Made by a program: the position numbers and the translations under genes. From positions 125,573 through 189,572 of the forward strand of contig JACKGZ010000007.1 in NCBI GenBank assembly GCA_020639255.1: a stretch of DNA of 64,000 nt, read 5' to 3'. This DNA is from Phycisphaera sp. Its GTDB lineage: Bacteria; Planctomycetota; Phycisphaerae; Phycisphaerales; UBA1924. Under the pieces are notes generated by a model. The model was given only the letters and a program-made list of their open reading frames with translations. It was not told where the DNA came from and did not search any database. The number at the start of each line of letters is the position of its first letter. Position 1 is the stretch's first letter. Of the stretch, positions 38,827 to 48,341 are shown one piece after another.

Positions 38827-39366
38827 CTACGTCCAAACTGCCGAATACAGCGCAATTACCCAGAAAATTCCAACGAAGCCATATGAAACAAGGTTTGCTC
38901 GCCATGCAATCGTTCTGCTCGGCATTGCGCTCTTCGTGGCTTTGTTGCATAGGAGTTTGGATATAACCCAGTGCTCAATGAAAACTGATGCAACCAGGAA
39001 AGGAGCCGTGAGCACGAGACCGGCGGCCGGCATGAGCCAGTGAATATCATACCGATATGGGACAATCCAAGGCGATTGAACGATGCTCGCGATTAGTCGA
39101 TCTGATGTAGTCGCAAGCGGCATGCCGCCACCGCCTCCGATGGACATCTGGAGGATGACAAGTACAACCCAAGTAGCAGGAACGCCAAGGAAAGTGGATG
39201 CCACATTGGCAATCGATACATTCGCTAACCAGCGAAGGAAATTGGGGCCTGCACTTAAGCGATATATCCCTGCCTCAATAAGTACGATGGGTATAAACCC
39301 AAGCACAAGCATAGGGATATAGACCACGATCATTGGAAGCCCCGCGTTGGCAACGGTCGTGATCAT
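38827..39366 (-). CDS. Hypothetical multi-pass membrane protein, AT-rich codon usage
   Basis: ATG 39366-39364 (MITTVANAGLPMIVVYIPMLVLGF) inside ORF 38827-39399. Many codons end in A/T, unlike the neighbouring genes. Confidence 0.6.
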   Translation of the reverse strand: MITTVANAGLPMIVVYIPMLVLGFIPIVLIEAGIYRLSAGPNFLRWLANVSIANVASTFLGVPATWVVLVILQMSIGGGGGMPLATTSDRLIASIVQSPWIVPYRYDIHWLMPAAGLVLTAPFLVASVFIEHWVISKLLCNKATKSAMPSRTIAWRANLVSYGFVGIFWVIALYSAVWT

Positions 39367-39414
39367 GCCGAGTGAGTATTCGTGTGAGCTTGCGCACAAG
39401 TTCCGTACGGGTGG

Positions 39415-40632
39415 TTATAGCCTCTTCAAAGCTCCCACCAACTCATCGATATGCTCCTTCTCATGCGCCGCAGACATCTGGATGCGGAGGCGTGCCGTGC
39501 CCTCGGGGACGACGGGGTAGCCGAAGCCGATGACGAAGACGCCCAGCTCCATGAGGTGTTTACTCATGCTGATCGCCTTGGCGGTGTCGCCCACGATGAT
39601 CGGGCAGATCGCGGTGGGGGAGTCGATCACCTCAAACCCCGCGGCCTTGATCTGCTGGCGCGCATAAGCCGTGTTGCCCTTCAGCTTGGCGACACGCTCG
39701 GGCTCGGCCATGAGGATCTCGATGGCCTTGTTGGCGCTGGCCGCGACGGTGACTGGCAGGGCATTCGAGAAGAGCGTGGGGCGTCCGCGCTGGATGACGA
39801 GTTCGGTGCCGCGCTTGGGGCCCGCGATGAAGCCGCCCGCGCCGCCGCCGAGGGCCTTGCCGAGCGTGCCGGTGAAGTAGTCGACCTTGGCCGAGCCGTC
39901 CGTGTTCACGAGCCCGCAGTATTCGTGCGTGCCTCGGCCCGTATCGCCCATGACGCCGTGGCCGTGCGAGTCGTCGACGACGAGCTTGGCGCCATACTCA
40001 TCGCAGAGCGCGCGGATCATCTGGAGCTTGGCGATGTCGCCCTCCATGCTGAACACGCCGTCGGTGACGACCCAGATCTGCCCGTTGATCTCGGGGTCCC
40101 GCTCGCACTCGGCGAGCTTCTCGCGCAGGCTGTCCATGTCGGAGTGCTTGTAGACCTTCTTCTTGACGCCCTTCTTGATGACGGGGGTCAGGCGCATCGC
40201 GTCGATGATGCACGCGTGGTTGAGCTCGTCGGAGACGATGCAGTCGCCCTCCTCGCAGAACGTGGGGAAGAGCGCCTCGGTCGCGTTCCAGCAGCTGACG
40301 AACGTGTAGCTCGACTCGGTGCCCATGTACCTGGCGATGGTGCGCTCGAGCTGCTCGTGGGGCGTGAACGTGCCGCAGATGAAGCGGACAGATGCCGTGC
40401 CCGCGCCGTAGTCGCGGAGCGCCTTGATGCCGGCTTCGACGACCTCGAGGTGATTGGCCAGGCCCAGGTAGTTGTTGGAGCAGAAGCAGAGCGTGTCGCG
40501 GAACGAGCCGTCGGGTTGACGCATCTTGACGACCGCGTCCATGGGCGAATCGAGCATCTGGAGGTGCTTGTACTGCCCCGCGTCGGCGAGCTGCTTGAGT
40601 GTGGCGTCGGTGCGTGCGTCGTACGTGCTCAT
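39415..40632 (-). CDS. kbl: Glycine C-acetyltransferase (2-amino-3-ketobutyrate CoA ligase)
   Basis: 405 aa. CSNNYLGLANH, SDELNHACIIDA, VVDDSHGHGVMG, FTGTLGKALGGGAGGF. Confidence 0.92.
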   Translation of the reverse strand: MSTYDARTDATLKQLADAGQYKHLQMLDSPMDAVVKMRQPDGSFRDTLCFCSNNYLGLANHLEVVEAGIKALRDYGAGTASVRFICGTFTPHEQLERTIARYMGTESSYTFVSCWNATEALFPTFCEEGDCIVSDELNHACIIDAMRLTPVIKKGVKKKVYKHSDMDSLREKLAECERDPEINGQIWVVTDGVFSMEGDIAKLQMIRALCDEYGAKLVVDDSHGHGVMGDTGRGTHEYCGLVNTDGSAKVDYFTGTLGKALGGGAGGFIAGPKRGTELVIQRGRPTLFSNALPVTVAASANKAIEILMAEPERVAKLKGNTAYARQQIKAAGFEVIDSPTAICPIIVGDTAKAISMSKHLMELGVFVIGFGYPVVPEGTARLRIQMSAAHEKEHIDELVGALKRL

Positions 40633-40687
40633 GGCCTGGTCTCCCGTTGGTCCGGGAGTTTAGGGGCCAAGCCCGCCTGGTCGCGGG

Positions 40688-41983
40688 TCATTCGGCGGGT
40701 GATGCCGCGTCCGTTTTCTGTCCGGTGATGAGCCGGGCGCCCCGCCGGAAGGTGATGTACGAGTAGATCCACTCGATCATCGTGATGAGCTTGTTGCGGA
40801 AGCCGATCAGGAACGCAACGTGGACGAACGCCCAGAGCAGCCACGCGGGCATGCCGGCGATCTTGAGCCGCCCGAAGTCCGCGATCGCGCGCCGGCGCCC
40901 GATCGTCGCCATGTTGCCCTTGTCCTTGTAGCGGAACGCGGGGCGAGCTTTGGGCGAGCGGGGGCCGTCTTTGATCTCATGCGCGATGATCCTGGCCGCG
41001 TGCGTACCCATCTGCATCGCGCCCTGCGCGACGCCAGGTGTCTCCTTGCCGTGGGCATCCACAACTTTGGCAATGTCGCCCAGCGCAAACACCTCCGGGT
41101 GCCCCGGTACGCTCAGGTCCTTCAGCACCTCGATCCGCCCGAGTTTGTCGTTTTGGGCCGAGACGTTGCGTGCGATGGATTCTGCCTTGACACCCGCCGC
41201 CCAGAACACCGTGCCCGCGTCCACGCGCTCCGCGCCCGATTCCTTGGATTCGAAATCGACTCCCTGCGCATCGATCGACTTGGCGAACGTGTTCAGACGT
41301 ACCTCAACGCCCATGCCGGCGAGATCTATCCGAGCACGCTCGGCGAGGGACTCATCGAACGTCGCTAAGAGCCTCGGCCCGCCCTCGACAAGCAGGATCC
41401 GCGTCTGGGATGTGTCGACGTTGCGGAAATCGCTCGGCAGGCTCTTCGTCGCGATCTCCGCCAGAGCGCCCGCGAGTTCGACGCCCGTCGGCCCGCCGCC
41501 GATGATGACGAAGGTGGTCAGCGCCCGGCGTTTGGCCTCGTCGGTTTCCAGCTCGGCCCGCTCGAAGCTCAAGAGGAATCGCCTCCGCATCTCGAGCGCA
41601 TCGTCGATGGACTTGAGCCCGGGGGCGTAGGGCCGCCAGTCGTCGTGCCCGAAGTACGAGTGCGTCATGCCGGCCGCGATGAGCAGGTAGTCGTACTTCG
41701 CCTCACTCCCATCCGTGCGCACGACGCGGGCGTCGGTGTCGATCCCCGTGATCTCTTCCATGCGGACCTCGACGTTCGGGCGTCGCGCGAAGAGGTTGCG
41801 GATCGGGACCGCGATCTGCGAGGGGCTCAGCCCCGCGGTGGCGACCTGATAGAGCAGCGGCTGGAAGACGTGATGGTTGTGGCGATCGAACAGAACGATC
41901 TCGGCGTCGGCGCGTCTCAGGATCTTCGCCGCCGAAAGGCCCGCGAAGCCGCCGCCGATGATCACGATGCGAGGCCTGGGCAC
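40688..41983 (-). CDS. ndh: Type II NADH:quinone oxidoreductase (NDH-2)
   Basis: GTG 41983-41981 preceded by GGGAGGA. RIVIIGGGFAGLSAAK, FVIIGGGPTGVELAGAL, C-terminal membrane-anchoring helix region. Confidence 0.85.
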   Translation of the reverse strand: MPRPRIVIIGGGFAGLSAAKILRRADAEIVLFDRHNHHVFQPLLYQVATAGLSPSQIAVPIRNLFARRPNVEVRMEEITGIDTDARVVRTDGSEAKYDYLLIAAGMTHSYFGHDDWRPYAPGLKSIDDALEMRRRFLLSFERAELETDEAKRRALTTFVIIGGGPTGVELAGALAEIATKSLPSDFRNVDTSQTRILLVEGGPRLLATFDESLAERARIDLAGMGVEVRLNTFAKSIDAQGVDFESKESGAERVDAGTVFWAAGVKAESIARNVSAQNDKLGRIEVLKDLSVPGHPEVFALGDIAKVVDAHGKETPGVAQGAMQMGTHAARIIAHEIKDGPRSPKARPAFRYKDKGNMATIGRRRAIADFGRLKIAGMPAWLLWAFVHVAFLIGFRNKLITMIEWIYSYITFRRGARLITGQKTDAASPAE

Positions 41984-42005
41984 GCCGGTCCTCCCGGTGC
42001 GCGTC

Positions 42006-43007
42006 TCAGGACTCCCGGGCCTTGCGCACCTCCGGATGAAGCGTACGCGGGGCACGCGTGCTTGGCGGCAGGGGCTTGTTGTCCGTGAACCAGAGCTCCG
42101 CGAGCGCCCCGCGCATGGTCGGCGGCAGCAACGCTCGCACACCCAGCCTCGCGAGCGACCGCCCAACGAAAATGCCGATGCCGCCGAATATGATCCAAAG
42201 CGAAAGCACCACAACAGAGGCTGCGCTGAACATCTCGTCCTGCGCGATGCCCGACGCGGGGCTCCATCCGTTGAAGCCGCTGTTCTGGAATGTATCCGAG
42301 AACGCAAAGAGCATGACGAAAGCAGCCGGTATGAGTATCACCAGAAAGGCGACCGGTCGGCGCGCCGCGAGAAGCAGCACGATCCACAAGCAGCCGCCGA
42401 TCAGGTACGCGGCTGCGAAAACGACCAGCAGCCCACGCATGCTCTTGACCACATCGATCACACGTTTCGAGAGCGGCTCATCCTTGCGCACGGATCGCCA
42501 CCAGTCGCGGTCGACATAGTTCCAGACATATGGTGTGAGCTTGCCGTATTGATCGCGTGTGGCTTGGTTAAACAGCGGCATACCACTCAGCGGCTTGTTG
42601 TCCAATGCCTCTTCTGTGTTGACATAATCCGCCCAACGCTCGGCGATCGAGTTGGCGAGCGAATCGTCGGCGGCTTCGGTGGTGACGGCTGTCATGCCCA
42701 TCAGGATCATGAACGTCGCAAAGAGCGCAAAGAAGCACGCGAGTGTGTATGAGAGCGCTACAAAGACCCGAATCCTCCCGGGCCAACGCCCGAGCAGCGG
42801 GTATTCCTGCAAGGCCGCCGGCACGCCGCACTCGGGGCACCGCACGATCGCCAGCCCGTAGTGCGGCTCGCGCACGACCGTCTGCCCGCGCAGGTTGTAC
42901 GAACAGCCGGCGCAGAGCCGATCGCCCTCGATCATCGACAGCGGTACTTCGGTTCGCTCGATTTCGTTCACCCGGTCTGTCTCCGATTCACTTGCTTCCT
43001 CGCCCAC
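42006..43007 (-). CDS. Membrane protein with N-terminal CxxC...CPECG zinc ribbon
   Basis: 333 aa. LCAGCSYNLRGQTVVREPHYGLAIVRCPECG, then about four TM helices and a large loop. The start is uncertain (ATG 43007 or 42935). Confidence 0.65.
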   Translation of the reverse strand: MGEEASESETDRVNEIERTEVPLSMIEGDRLCAGCSYNLRGQTVVREPHYGLAIVRCPECGVPAALQEYPLLGRWPGRIRVFVALSYTLACFFALFATFMILMGMTAVTTEAADDSLANSIAERWADYVNTEEALDNKPLSGMPLFNQATRDQYGKLTPYVWNYVDRDWWRSVRKDEPLSKRVIDVVKSMRGLLVVFAAAYLIGGCLWIVLLLAARRPVAFLVILIPAAFVMLFAFSDTFQNSGFNGWSPASGIAQDEMFSAASVVVLSLWIIFGGIGIFVGRSLARLGVRALLPPTMRGALAELWFTDNKPLPPSTRAPRTLHPEVRKARES

Positions 43008-43702
43008 CGCATCGATCGCCTGAACTTTCGGTTGATGTGCTTAGCCGGCGCTGTTATCCGATCGATCGGCACGCCTGCCGCGGTGGCAACCCAGCACATC
43101 GCAAGCGCCTGGAGCCGGCTTGGCCACAAGCTGACGAGGTCGCGCGACAACGCGCCCATCTCCCACTCTGCGACCGGAACGATCAGCGGCAGGAATGACA
43201 CGACCACCAGCACGCCCGCCCATGCGAATACGAGCTGTGCTGTCTTCCAGTGCCAGAGCAGACGACTCAGGAGCACGCCCGAGATCGCCAGGATCATCGC
43301 CACGGCTCCGATCGCGAGCCAGATCGAGAACAGCTCCTCGATCGGGGCGTTTCGGATCGCGCCGATCGTCGCGGCGAACGGACCCGTGCCCGAGCGACTG
43401 GCCTGGAGCGACATGAAGACCGCGATCAGCAGCGATGTGCCCGCGAAGACGGCGACACATACTGCGGACATCGCGAGCCGGTTGAACGAACGATCGAGCC
43501 TGCGGAACGCGACCGGGTTGGTACGGAGCCTGTGCTTCCGCCGCACGCACGCCAGCCCGCACCGCGGGCATACGCAGACAGGCAGCGCATAGACCGGGTC
43601 CGGGGGGGCCGGTACCCGCCGAAGCTCAAAGCCACAACCAGCGCAGAGATGCGATTCCAGCACGACGGGAGCATACGGATTTTGAGGTGCCACGTTGCTC
43701 AT
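42968..43702 (-). CDS. Membrane protein with N-terminal CxxC...CPRCG zinc ribbon
   Basis: 244 aa. LCAGCGFELRRVPAPPDPVYALPVCVCPRCG, then multiple TM helices. Tandem with 42006-43007. Confidence 0.65.
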   Translation of the reverse strand: MSNVAPQNPYAPVVLESHLCAGCGFELRRVPAPPDPVYALPVCVCPRCGLACVRRKHRLRTNPVAFRRLDRSFNRLAMSAVCVAVFAGTSLLIAVFMSLQASRSGTGPFAATIGAIRNAPIEELFSIWLAIGAVAMILAISGVLLSRLLWHWKTAQLVFAWAGVLVVVSFLPLIVPVAEWEMGALSRDLVSLWPSRLQALAMCWVATAAGVPIDRITAPAKHINRKFRRSMRWARKQVNRRQTG

Positions 43703-43755
43703 GACCGGTGCATGTTTGGGAATCCGTGGATCGTCTCTGGTAGAATCCGGCTCAT

Positions 43756-43983
43756 ATGTGGAACCCCTTTGCCCGGAAAAAGATCATCGACCGTGGCCGG
43801 ATGTACCGGCTGACGCACGAGGTCTGGCTGACACACGCCTTCCAATCGGGCCGTCACCACCCTCGGATTCCCAAGCGTGAAGCCAGCAAAGGCGGCTTTG
43901 ACCCCATTCTCCGCACCGCCGGCGGGCGGCTGTGGGCCAGACAGTGGTGGAACGACACCTTCAAGGATCGTTCATCCGATTGA
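43756..43983 (+). CDS. Possible small basic protein (75 aa)
   Basis: The only ORF in a 356-nt divergent gap. Third positions are mostly G/C. No family recognised, so this is weak. Confidence 0.3.
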   Translation: MWNPFARKKIIDRGRMYRLTHEVWLTHAFQSGRHHPRIPKREASKGGFDPILRTAGGRLWARQWWNDTFKDRSSD

Positions 43984-44058
43984 TTCCATCTCTGCGGACC
44001 GGCCGACATACAACTCTGGGACACCACCAAGCCTTCTTCTTCCGCGGAGCCAGCACGG

Positions 44059-44961
44059 ATGACCGATCAGACATCAGAGACCACGGGAACTCAGACCTCC
44101 AAGCTCTCTCGGAGGTGGGTCAGGAAGATGGCGCTCTTCCTCATCCTGCTCGTCGGTTTCGGTTTCTATGGCTTGTACGACGCGACGATCGCCTACCCGA
44201 GTCGCGGCGAGAAATCCGCCTCCTGGCACCTGCATCAGTACCTCGAAAAGTCCAACGAGGCCAACAGCCTGACCGGTCAGCTCGGCCTTCCAACGGGCAC
44301 GACCGCAGCCGATCACATGGCCGATCTTGAAAGCCGGCTGAACGAGCTGACGCAATCGGCCGGTGGCACGTCGATACGAGCGCGCGACGACGCGGCGCTC
44401 ATCGCCAAGCTCGCCTGGATGAAATCGCTCGCTGTGCTCGGTCGTCTCTCGGATGAACGCATCGGGCTCGATCTCGCTACGCCGCGCGAGACCTACACCG
44501 AACTCAACCAGCGTTGGGCGAGCGCCGTACAACCGAAGCCGCTGGCGAGCTACGACATCTCGGTGCAGTGGCTCTTTACGGCGCTCGGCTTCGGCGGCGG
44601 GCTCTGGATGCTGCTCCATATCATCGCCGTTGCGTCCAAGAAGTACACATGGGAGCCGGCTTCGCTTCGTCTCGGTGTGCCGGGCGGTTCGAGTGTCGTG
44701 CCGGCTGACGTCGAGCTCTTCGACCGACGCAAGTGGGACAAATTCCTGGTCTTCCTCAAGATCAAGCCCGAGCACCCGCAGCTCGGTGGCAAGGAGATCA
44801 AGCTCGATCTCTACCAGTACGAGCCCCTCGAGGCTTGGTACGAGCAGATGCACCGCTCCGCTCGCCCAGAGGACTTCGTTGAGGACGATGCCGAGCTGGC
44901 CGACGACGAGCAAGCCGACGCCACGGAATCCGAAGAAGAGACCGGCACGCCCGCTCACTAA
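44059..44961 (+). CDS. Hypothetical two-TM membrane protein with acidic C-terminus
   Basis: 300 aa. TM1 MALFLILLVGFGFYGLY, TM2 WLFTALGFGGGLWMLLHIIAV. Genome-typical codon bias. Confidence 0.6.
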   Translation: MTDQTSETTGTQTSKLSRRWVRKMALFLILLVGFGFYGLYDATIAYPSRGEKSASWHLHQYLEKSNEANSLTGQLGLPTGTTAADHMADLESRLNELTQSAGGTSIRARDDAALIAKLAWMKSLAVLGRLSDERIGLDLATPRETYTELNQRWASAVQPKPLASYDISVQWLFTALGFGGGLWMLLHIIAVASKKYTWEPASLRLGVPGGSSVVPADVELFDRRKWDKFLVFLKIKPEHPQLGGKEIKLDLYQYEPLEAWYEQMHRSARPEDFVEDDAELADDEQADATESEEETGTPAH

Positions 44962-44991
44962 CGCGGCGGCGATTGCCACGGGAGCAACCGC

Positions 44992-45585
44992 GTGGTCTGG
45001 TTTATCGCTTCGCTGGTCGCACTCTGCTCGCTCGCGGGGATCGTGCTAACACTCGTTACGCTGCCCGGCACGTGGTTCATGCTTCTCATCGCGATCGTCG
45101 CGAAGCTCGTGACGCCCGAGATCTTCTCGTGGTGGGTGGTGGTCGCGGCGGCGGGTTTCGTGCTGGCTGCGGAGATCGCCGACCTTGTGAGTTCGGCCGT
45201 GGGCGCTAAGGTCGGCGGCGCGGGCAAGGCCGGGATGACCGGCGCGCTGATCGGCAGCGTGCTCGGCGCGATCGCAGGCTCCGTCTTCATTCCGATCCCG
45301 ATCCTGGGCACGATCCTGGGAGGCATCCTCGGAGCCGCCATCCTCGCGGTCATCATGGAACGCAACGGCGCTGAGAGAACCTGGCGTGAATCGGGCAAGG
45401 CCGGTGCTGGGGCCGCTGCGGGTCGGGTCGCCGCGACACTCATCAAGCTCGCGATCGCCGCGGCGATGGCCCTCACCCTCACGATCGCCGCGTTCTGGCC
45501 CGCTCCATCCGATCCGAATCCGCTCCAGCAGCAATCCATACCCGAGGTCGGCCCCGCCGATATGATCCACCCTGAGACGCCCTGA
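44992..45585 (+). CDS. DUF456-like membrane protein
   Basis: 197 aa. LPGTWFMLLIA and Gly/Ala-rich helices (GKAGMTGALIGSVLGAIAGSV). Confidence 0.65.
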   Translation: MVWFIASLVALCSLAGIVLTLVTLPGTWFMLLIAIVAKLVTPEIFSWWVVVAAAGFVLAAEIADLVSSAVGAKVGGAGKAGMTGALIGSVLGAIAGSVFIPIPILGTILGGILGAAILAVIMERNGAERTWRESGKAGAGAAAGRVAATLIKLAIAAAMALTLTIAAFWPAPSDPNPLQQQSIPEVGPADMIHPETP

Positions 45586-45635
45586 CAACACAGCACCGGC
45601 GGCGGATGCCCGCCATTAGGGAGCGATGGATCGCG

Positions 45636-47123
45636 ATGCCCGATACGCAAGCAGCCTCGGCGACGAAACCGGCGGAACCGAACTACGACGGCCAGATCAA
45701 GCACTTCGTCCTTGATACCAACGTGCTTCTGCACAACCCGAACGCCCTCTTCGTCTTCGAGGACAACCACGTCGTCATTCCCTACCCCGTGATCGAAGAG
45801 CTCGACACGATGAAACGCCGCGAGGACGACATCGGCCGCTCCGCGCGCCTGTGCATCCGCCACCTCGACAGGCTCCGTTTCCTCGGCAAGCTCACCGAGG
45901 GCGTCAGCTGGGGCAGCCTGCCGGCCACGCAGGAGTTCAACCCGTCCTCCTTCCTCGCCAACGGCCAAGCCGGCACGATCCGTGTCGATGTCACCGATCC
46001 CGCACGTCCGGCCGCCATCGGCAAGGACATGCCCGACAACCACATCATCGCGGTGGCGTACGCACTCAAGCTCGCCGGCGAGCCCGCGGTCTTCGTCTCG
46101 AAAGATCTCTCGGCGCGCATCAAGAGCGACGCGCTGGGCATCAAGACCGAGGACTTCGAGAACCAGAAGGTCGACGCCGAGCGTCTCTACACGGGATACT
46201 TCGACCTGACCGTCCCGGGCCAGATCATCGACGATCTCTACCACGACAAGCAGCTCGATATCTCTCGCCTGACGCCCTATCTCCAGACCGAGAACGCCGA
46301 CGGCTCGACGACCAAGCGCGACATCCTCACCAACCAGTTCGTCATCCTGCACGACGACAGCGACGAGAACCACACCGGCATGGCACGCCGGCTCGCCGGG
46401 CGACTCGCCGAGACCGATTCGATCATCCCGATCACAGGGCCGCGCAAGCCGGTCTACGGCATCCTCGCGCGCAACGTCCAGCAGACGATGGCGCTCGACC
46501 TGCTCCTCGACGACGAGATCCGCCTCGTCACGCTCCTCGGGTCGGCGGGCACGGGCAAGACGCTGCTCGCAATCGCCGCGGGCATGGCCAAGGTCTTCCT
46601 TGACGAACGATTCGAAAAACTCCTCGTCGCGCGTCCGATCATGCCGATGGGACGCGACATCGGCTACCTCCCGGGCGACAAAGACGAGAAGCTCTTCGCC
46701 TGGATGCAGCCCATCTTCGACAACCTCAGCTACCTGCTCTCCACGCGAGGCGGGCAGCACGAAGTCCCCGACAGCCACTCCACCGAGCAGCGCATCGAGC
46801 AGCTCATGGCCGGCGGCCAGCTCGTGCTCGAACCACTCACCTACATCCGCGGCCGATCCATCCCGCACCAGTTCATGATCGTCGACGAGGCACAGAACCT
46901 CACGCCCCACGAGGTCAAGACCATCATCAGCCGCGTCGGCGAGGGCACCAAAATCGTCCTCACGGGCGACATCGGGCAGATCGACAACCCCTACCTCGAC
47001 AAGGCGTCCAACGGCCTCAGCTACGCCGTCGAGCAGATGAAAAACGTCGGCATCGTGGGCCACGTCACGCTCGCCAAGAGCGAACGCTCCGAACTGGCAA
47101 GCCTGGCGTCGAAACTTCTCTGA
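45636..47123 (+). CDS. PhoH-like ATPase with N-terminal PIN domain (YlaK-like)
   Basis: HFVLDTNVLLHNP (PIN), LLGSAGTGKTLLAIAAG (Walker A), FMIVDEAQNLTPHE, VLTGDIGQIDNPYL. Confidence 0.88.
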   Translation: MPDTQAASATKPAEPNYDGQIKHFVLDTNVLLHNPNALFVFEDNHVVIPYPVIEELDTMKRREDDIGRSARLCIRHLDRLRFLGKLTEGVSWGSLPATQEFNPSSFLANGQAGTIRVDVTDPARPAAIGKDMPDNHIIAVAYALKLAGEPAVFVSKDLSARIKSDALGIKTEDFENQKVDAERLYTGYFDLTVPGQIIDDLYHDKQLDISRLTPYLQTENADGSTTKRDILTNQFVILHDDSDENHTGMARRLAGRLAETDSIIPITGPRKPVYGILARNVQQTMALDLLLDDEIRLVTLLGSAGTGKTLLAIAAGMAKVFLDERFEKLLVARPIMPMGRDIGYLPGDKDEKLFAWMQPIFDNLSYLLSTRGGQHEVPDSHSTEQRIEQLMAGGQLVLEPLTYIRGRSIPHQFMIVDEAQNLTPHEVKTIISRVGEGTKIVLTGDIGQIDNPYLDKASNGLSYAVEQMKNVGIVGHVTLAKSERSELASLASKLL

Positions 47124-47208
47124 AACTGAACGTCGGCTACGACCATATTTCAGATTGAACGGCTCGGCATGATCTGCTACATTCGCGGCCCAACCGAAGG
47201 GAGCCGTC

Positions 47209-47646
47209 ATGTCCGAATCGGCGCAGATCAAGCTGGGCGTTGCAGTCGTCGTCCTCTTCCTCTTCTCGCTCATCAGCTCGTGCAGTGAGCTTCGCTACAT
47301 CATGCGTGGAGTCGACGTCGATGCGCACCTCATCGAAGTGCGCGAACTCAAAGGCAATACACGCCGTGGCGGGCCTTACACATACGTGGTTGCCAAGTAC
47401 CTGTTTGAAGACAAGGACGGGACGACACGCACGGAGATGGATCGGGTCTCCTCAAAGTTTCAGCCTGAACTCGGACTCGATGAGAACGGCAGGCAAACCG
47501 TTGCGATCCAGTACCAGTCGGGCATCCCCAACAGGTCTCGCCTGAAGGGGCACGACGACATGATGTGGGTCTATATCTTCTTCGGCACGATCGCCGCCGG
47601 CGCTGCGAGCGTCGGCTGGTTCCTGTACACCTACTACAGGACGTGA
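47209..47646 (+). CDS. Hypothetical membrane protein (TM - beta region - TM, DUF3592-like layout)
   Basis: 145 aa with N- and C-terminal hydrophobic helices. Confidence 0.55.
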   Translation: MSESAQIKLGVAVVVLFLFSLISSCSELRYIMRGVDVDAHLIEVRELKGNTRRGGPYTYVVAKYLFEDKDGTTRTEMDRVSSKFQPELGLDENGRQTVAIQYQSGIPNRSRLKGHDDMMWVYIFFGTIAAGAASVGWFLYTYYRT

Positions 47647-47654
47647 CACACATC

Positions 47655-47684
47655 AAAAACGAGCCCCCCGCGTAAGCGGGGGGC
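47655..47684 (-). terminator. Rho-independent terminator of the pseudopilus operon (hairpin shared with the convergent gene)
   Basis: GCCCCCCGC (47663-47671), loop GTAA, GCGGGGGGC (47676-47684). On the minus strand the stem is followed by TCGTTTTTG. Confidence 0.65.
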
Positions 47685-47720
47685 CTCGAAGATACATCGA
47701 TTTGTTGCGATTGAGTTGGC

Positions 47721-48341
47721 TTACCCGCCAAACAACAGCGCCTGCTCGACGCGGCTGCGCTCGCGGTCGAAGAACACGCGCCACTCGTTGTCCGACTCGA
47801 GCAGAAGCGCCGTGCGGAGCATGTCTGAGTACTCGGGCGTCGCGCGAGCGAGCTGGTGCAGGGCGGCCGCCTTGCCGCGGATTGCCGGCAGCCACCGCGG
47901 GTCGATCGCGAGCGCCTCGTTGAAGTGTTCGAGCGAATCCTCGGCGTACTTGGCCTCGAGGTAGAGGCGGCCCATGCTCGTGTGCGGCTCGGGGCGGTCG
48001 GGCTCGAGATCGATCGCACGGAGGAACGCCGCCCGCGCGTCCACGTAGTTCTTCTGCGCCATCAGCACGTTGCCGAGGTTGTTCCACGCGCCAGTCTGGC
48101 TCGGGTAGATCTGCAGCGACTCGCGGTAGAGCTTGTCGGCCTGCTCGAAGCTGCCCCTGCGGTACGCCTCGTCGGCCTGGCTCGTGAGCGAGCGGGCACG
48201 GTTGATATCGCCCGAGGCCACGGGCGTGGGCCCGGAAGACCCGCGCGAGCCGCCGGTGTTCTGGCACCCGCCCGCAAGCACCATGCTCATTCCGACCACA
48301 GCCAGAAGCCCGATACGTCCGGAAAGCCGATTCGTGCTCAC
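47721..48341 (-). CDS. TPR-repeat lipoprotein, last gene of the pseudopilus operon
   Basis: GTG 48341-48339 overlaps the upstream stop (GTGA). Lipobox VLAGGC. TPR-like repeats (AWNNLGNVLMAQKNYVDARAAFLRAIDLEPD...). Confidence 0.7.
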   Translation of the reverse strand: MSTNRLSGRIGLLAVVGMSMVLAGGCQNTGGSRGSSGPTPVASGDINRARSLTSQADEAYRRGSFEQADKLYRESLQIYPSQTGAWNNLGNVLMAQKNYVDARAAFLRAIDLEPDRPEPHTSMGRLYLEAKYAEDSLEHFNEALAIDPRWLPAIRGKAAALHQLARATPEYSDMLRTALLLESDNEWRVFFDRERSRVEQALLFGG

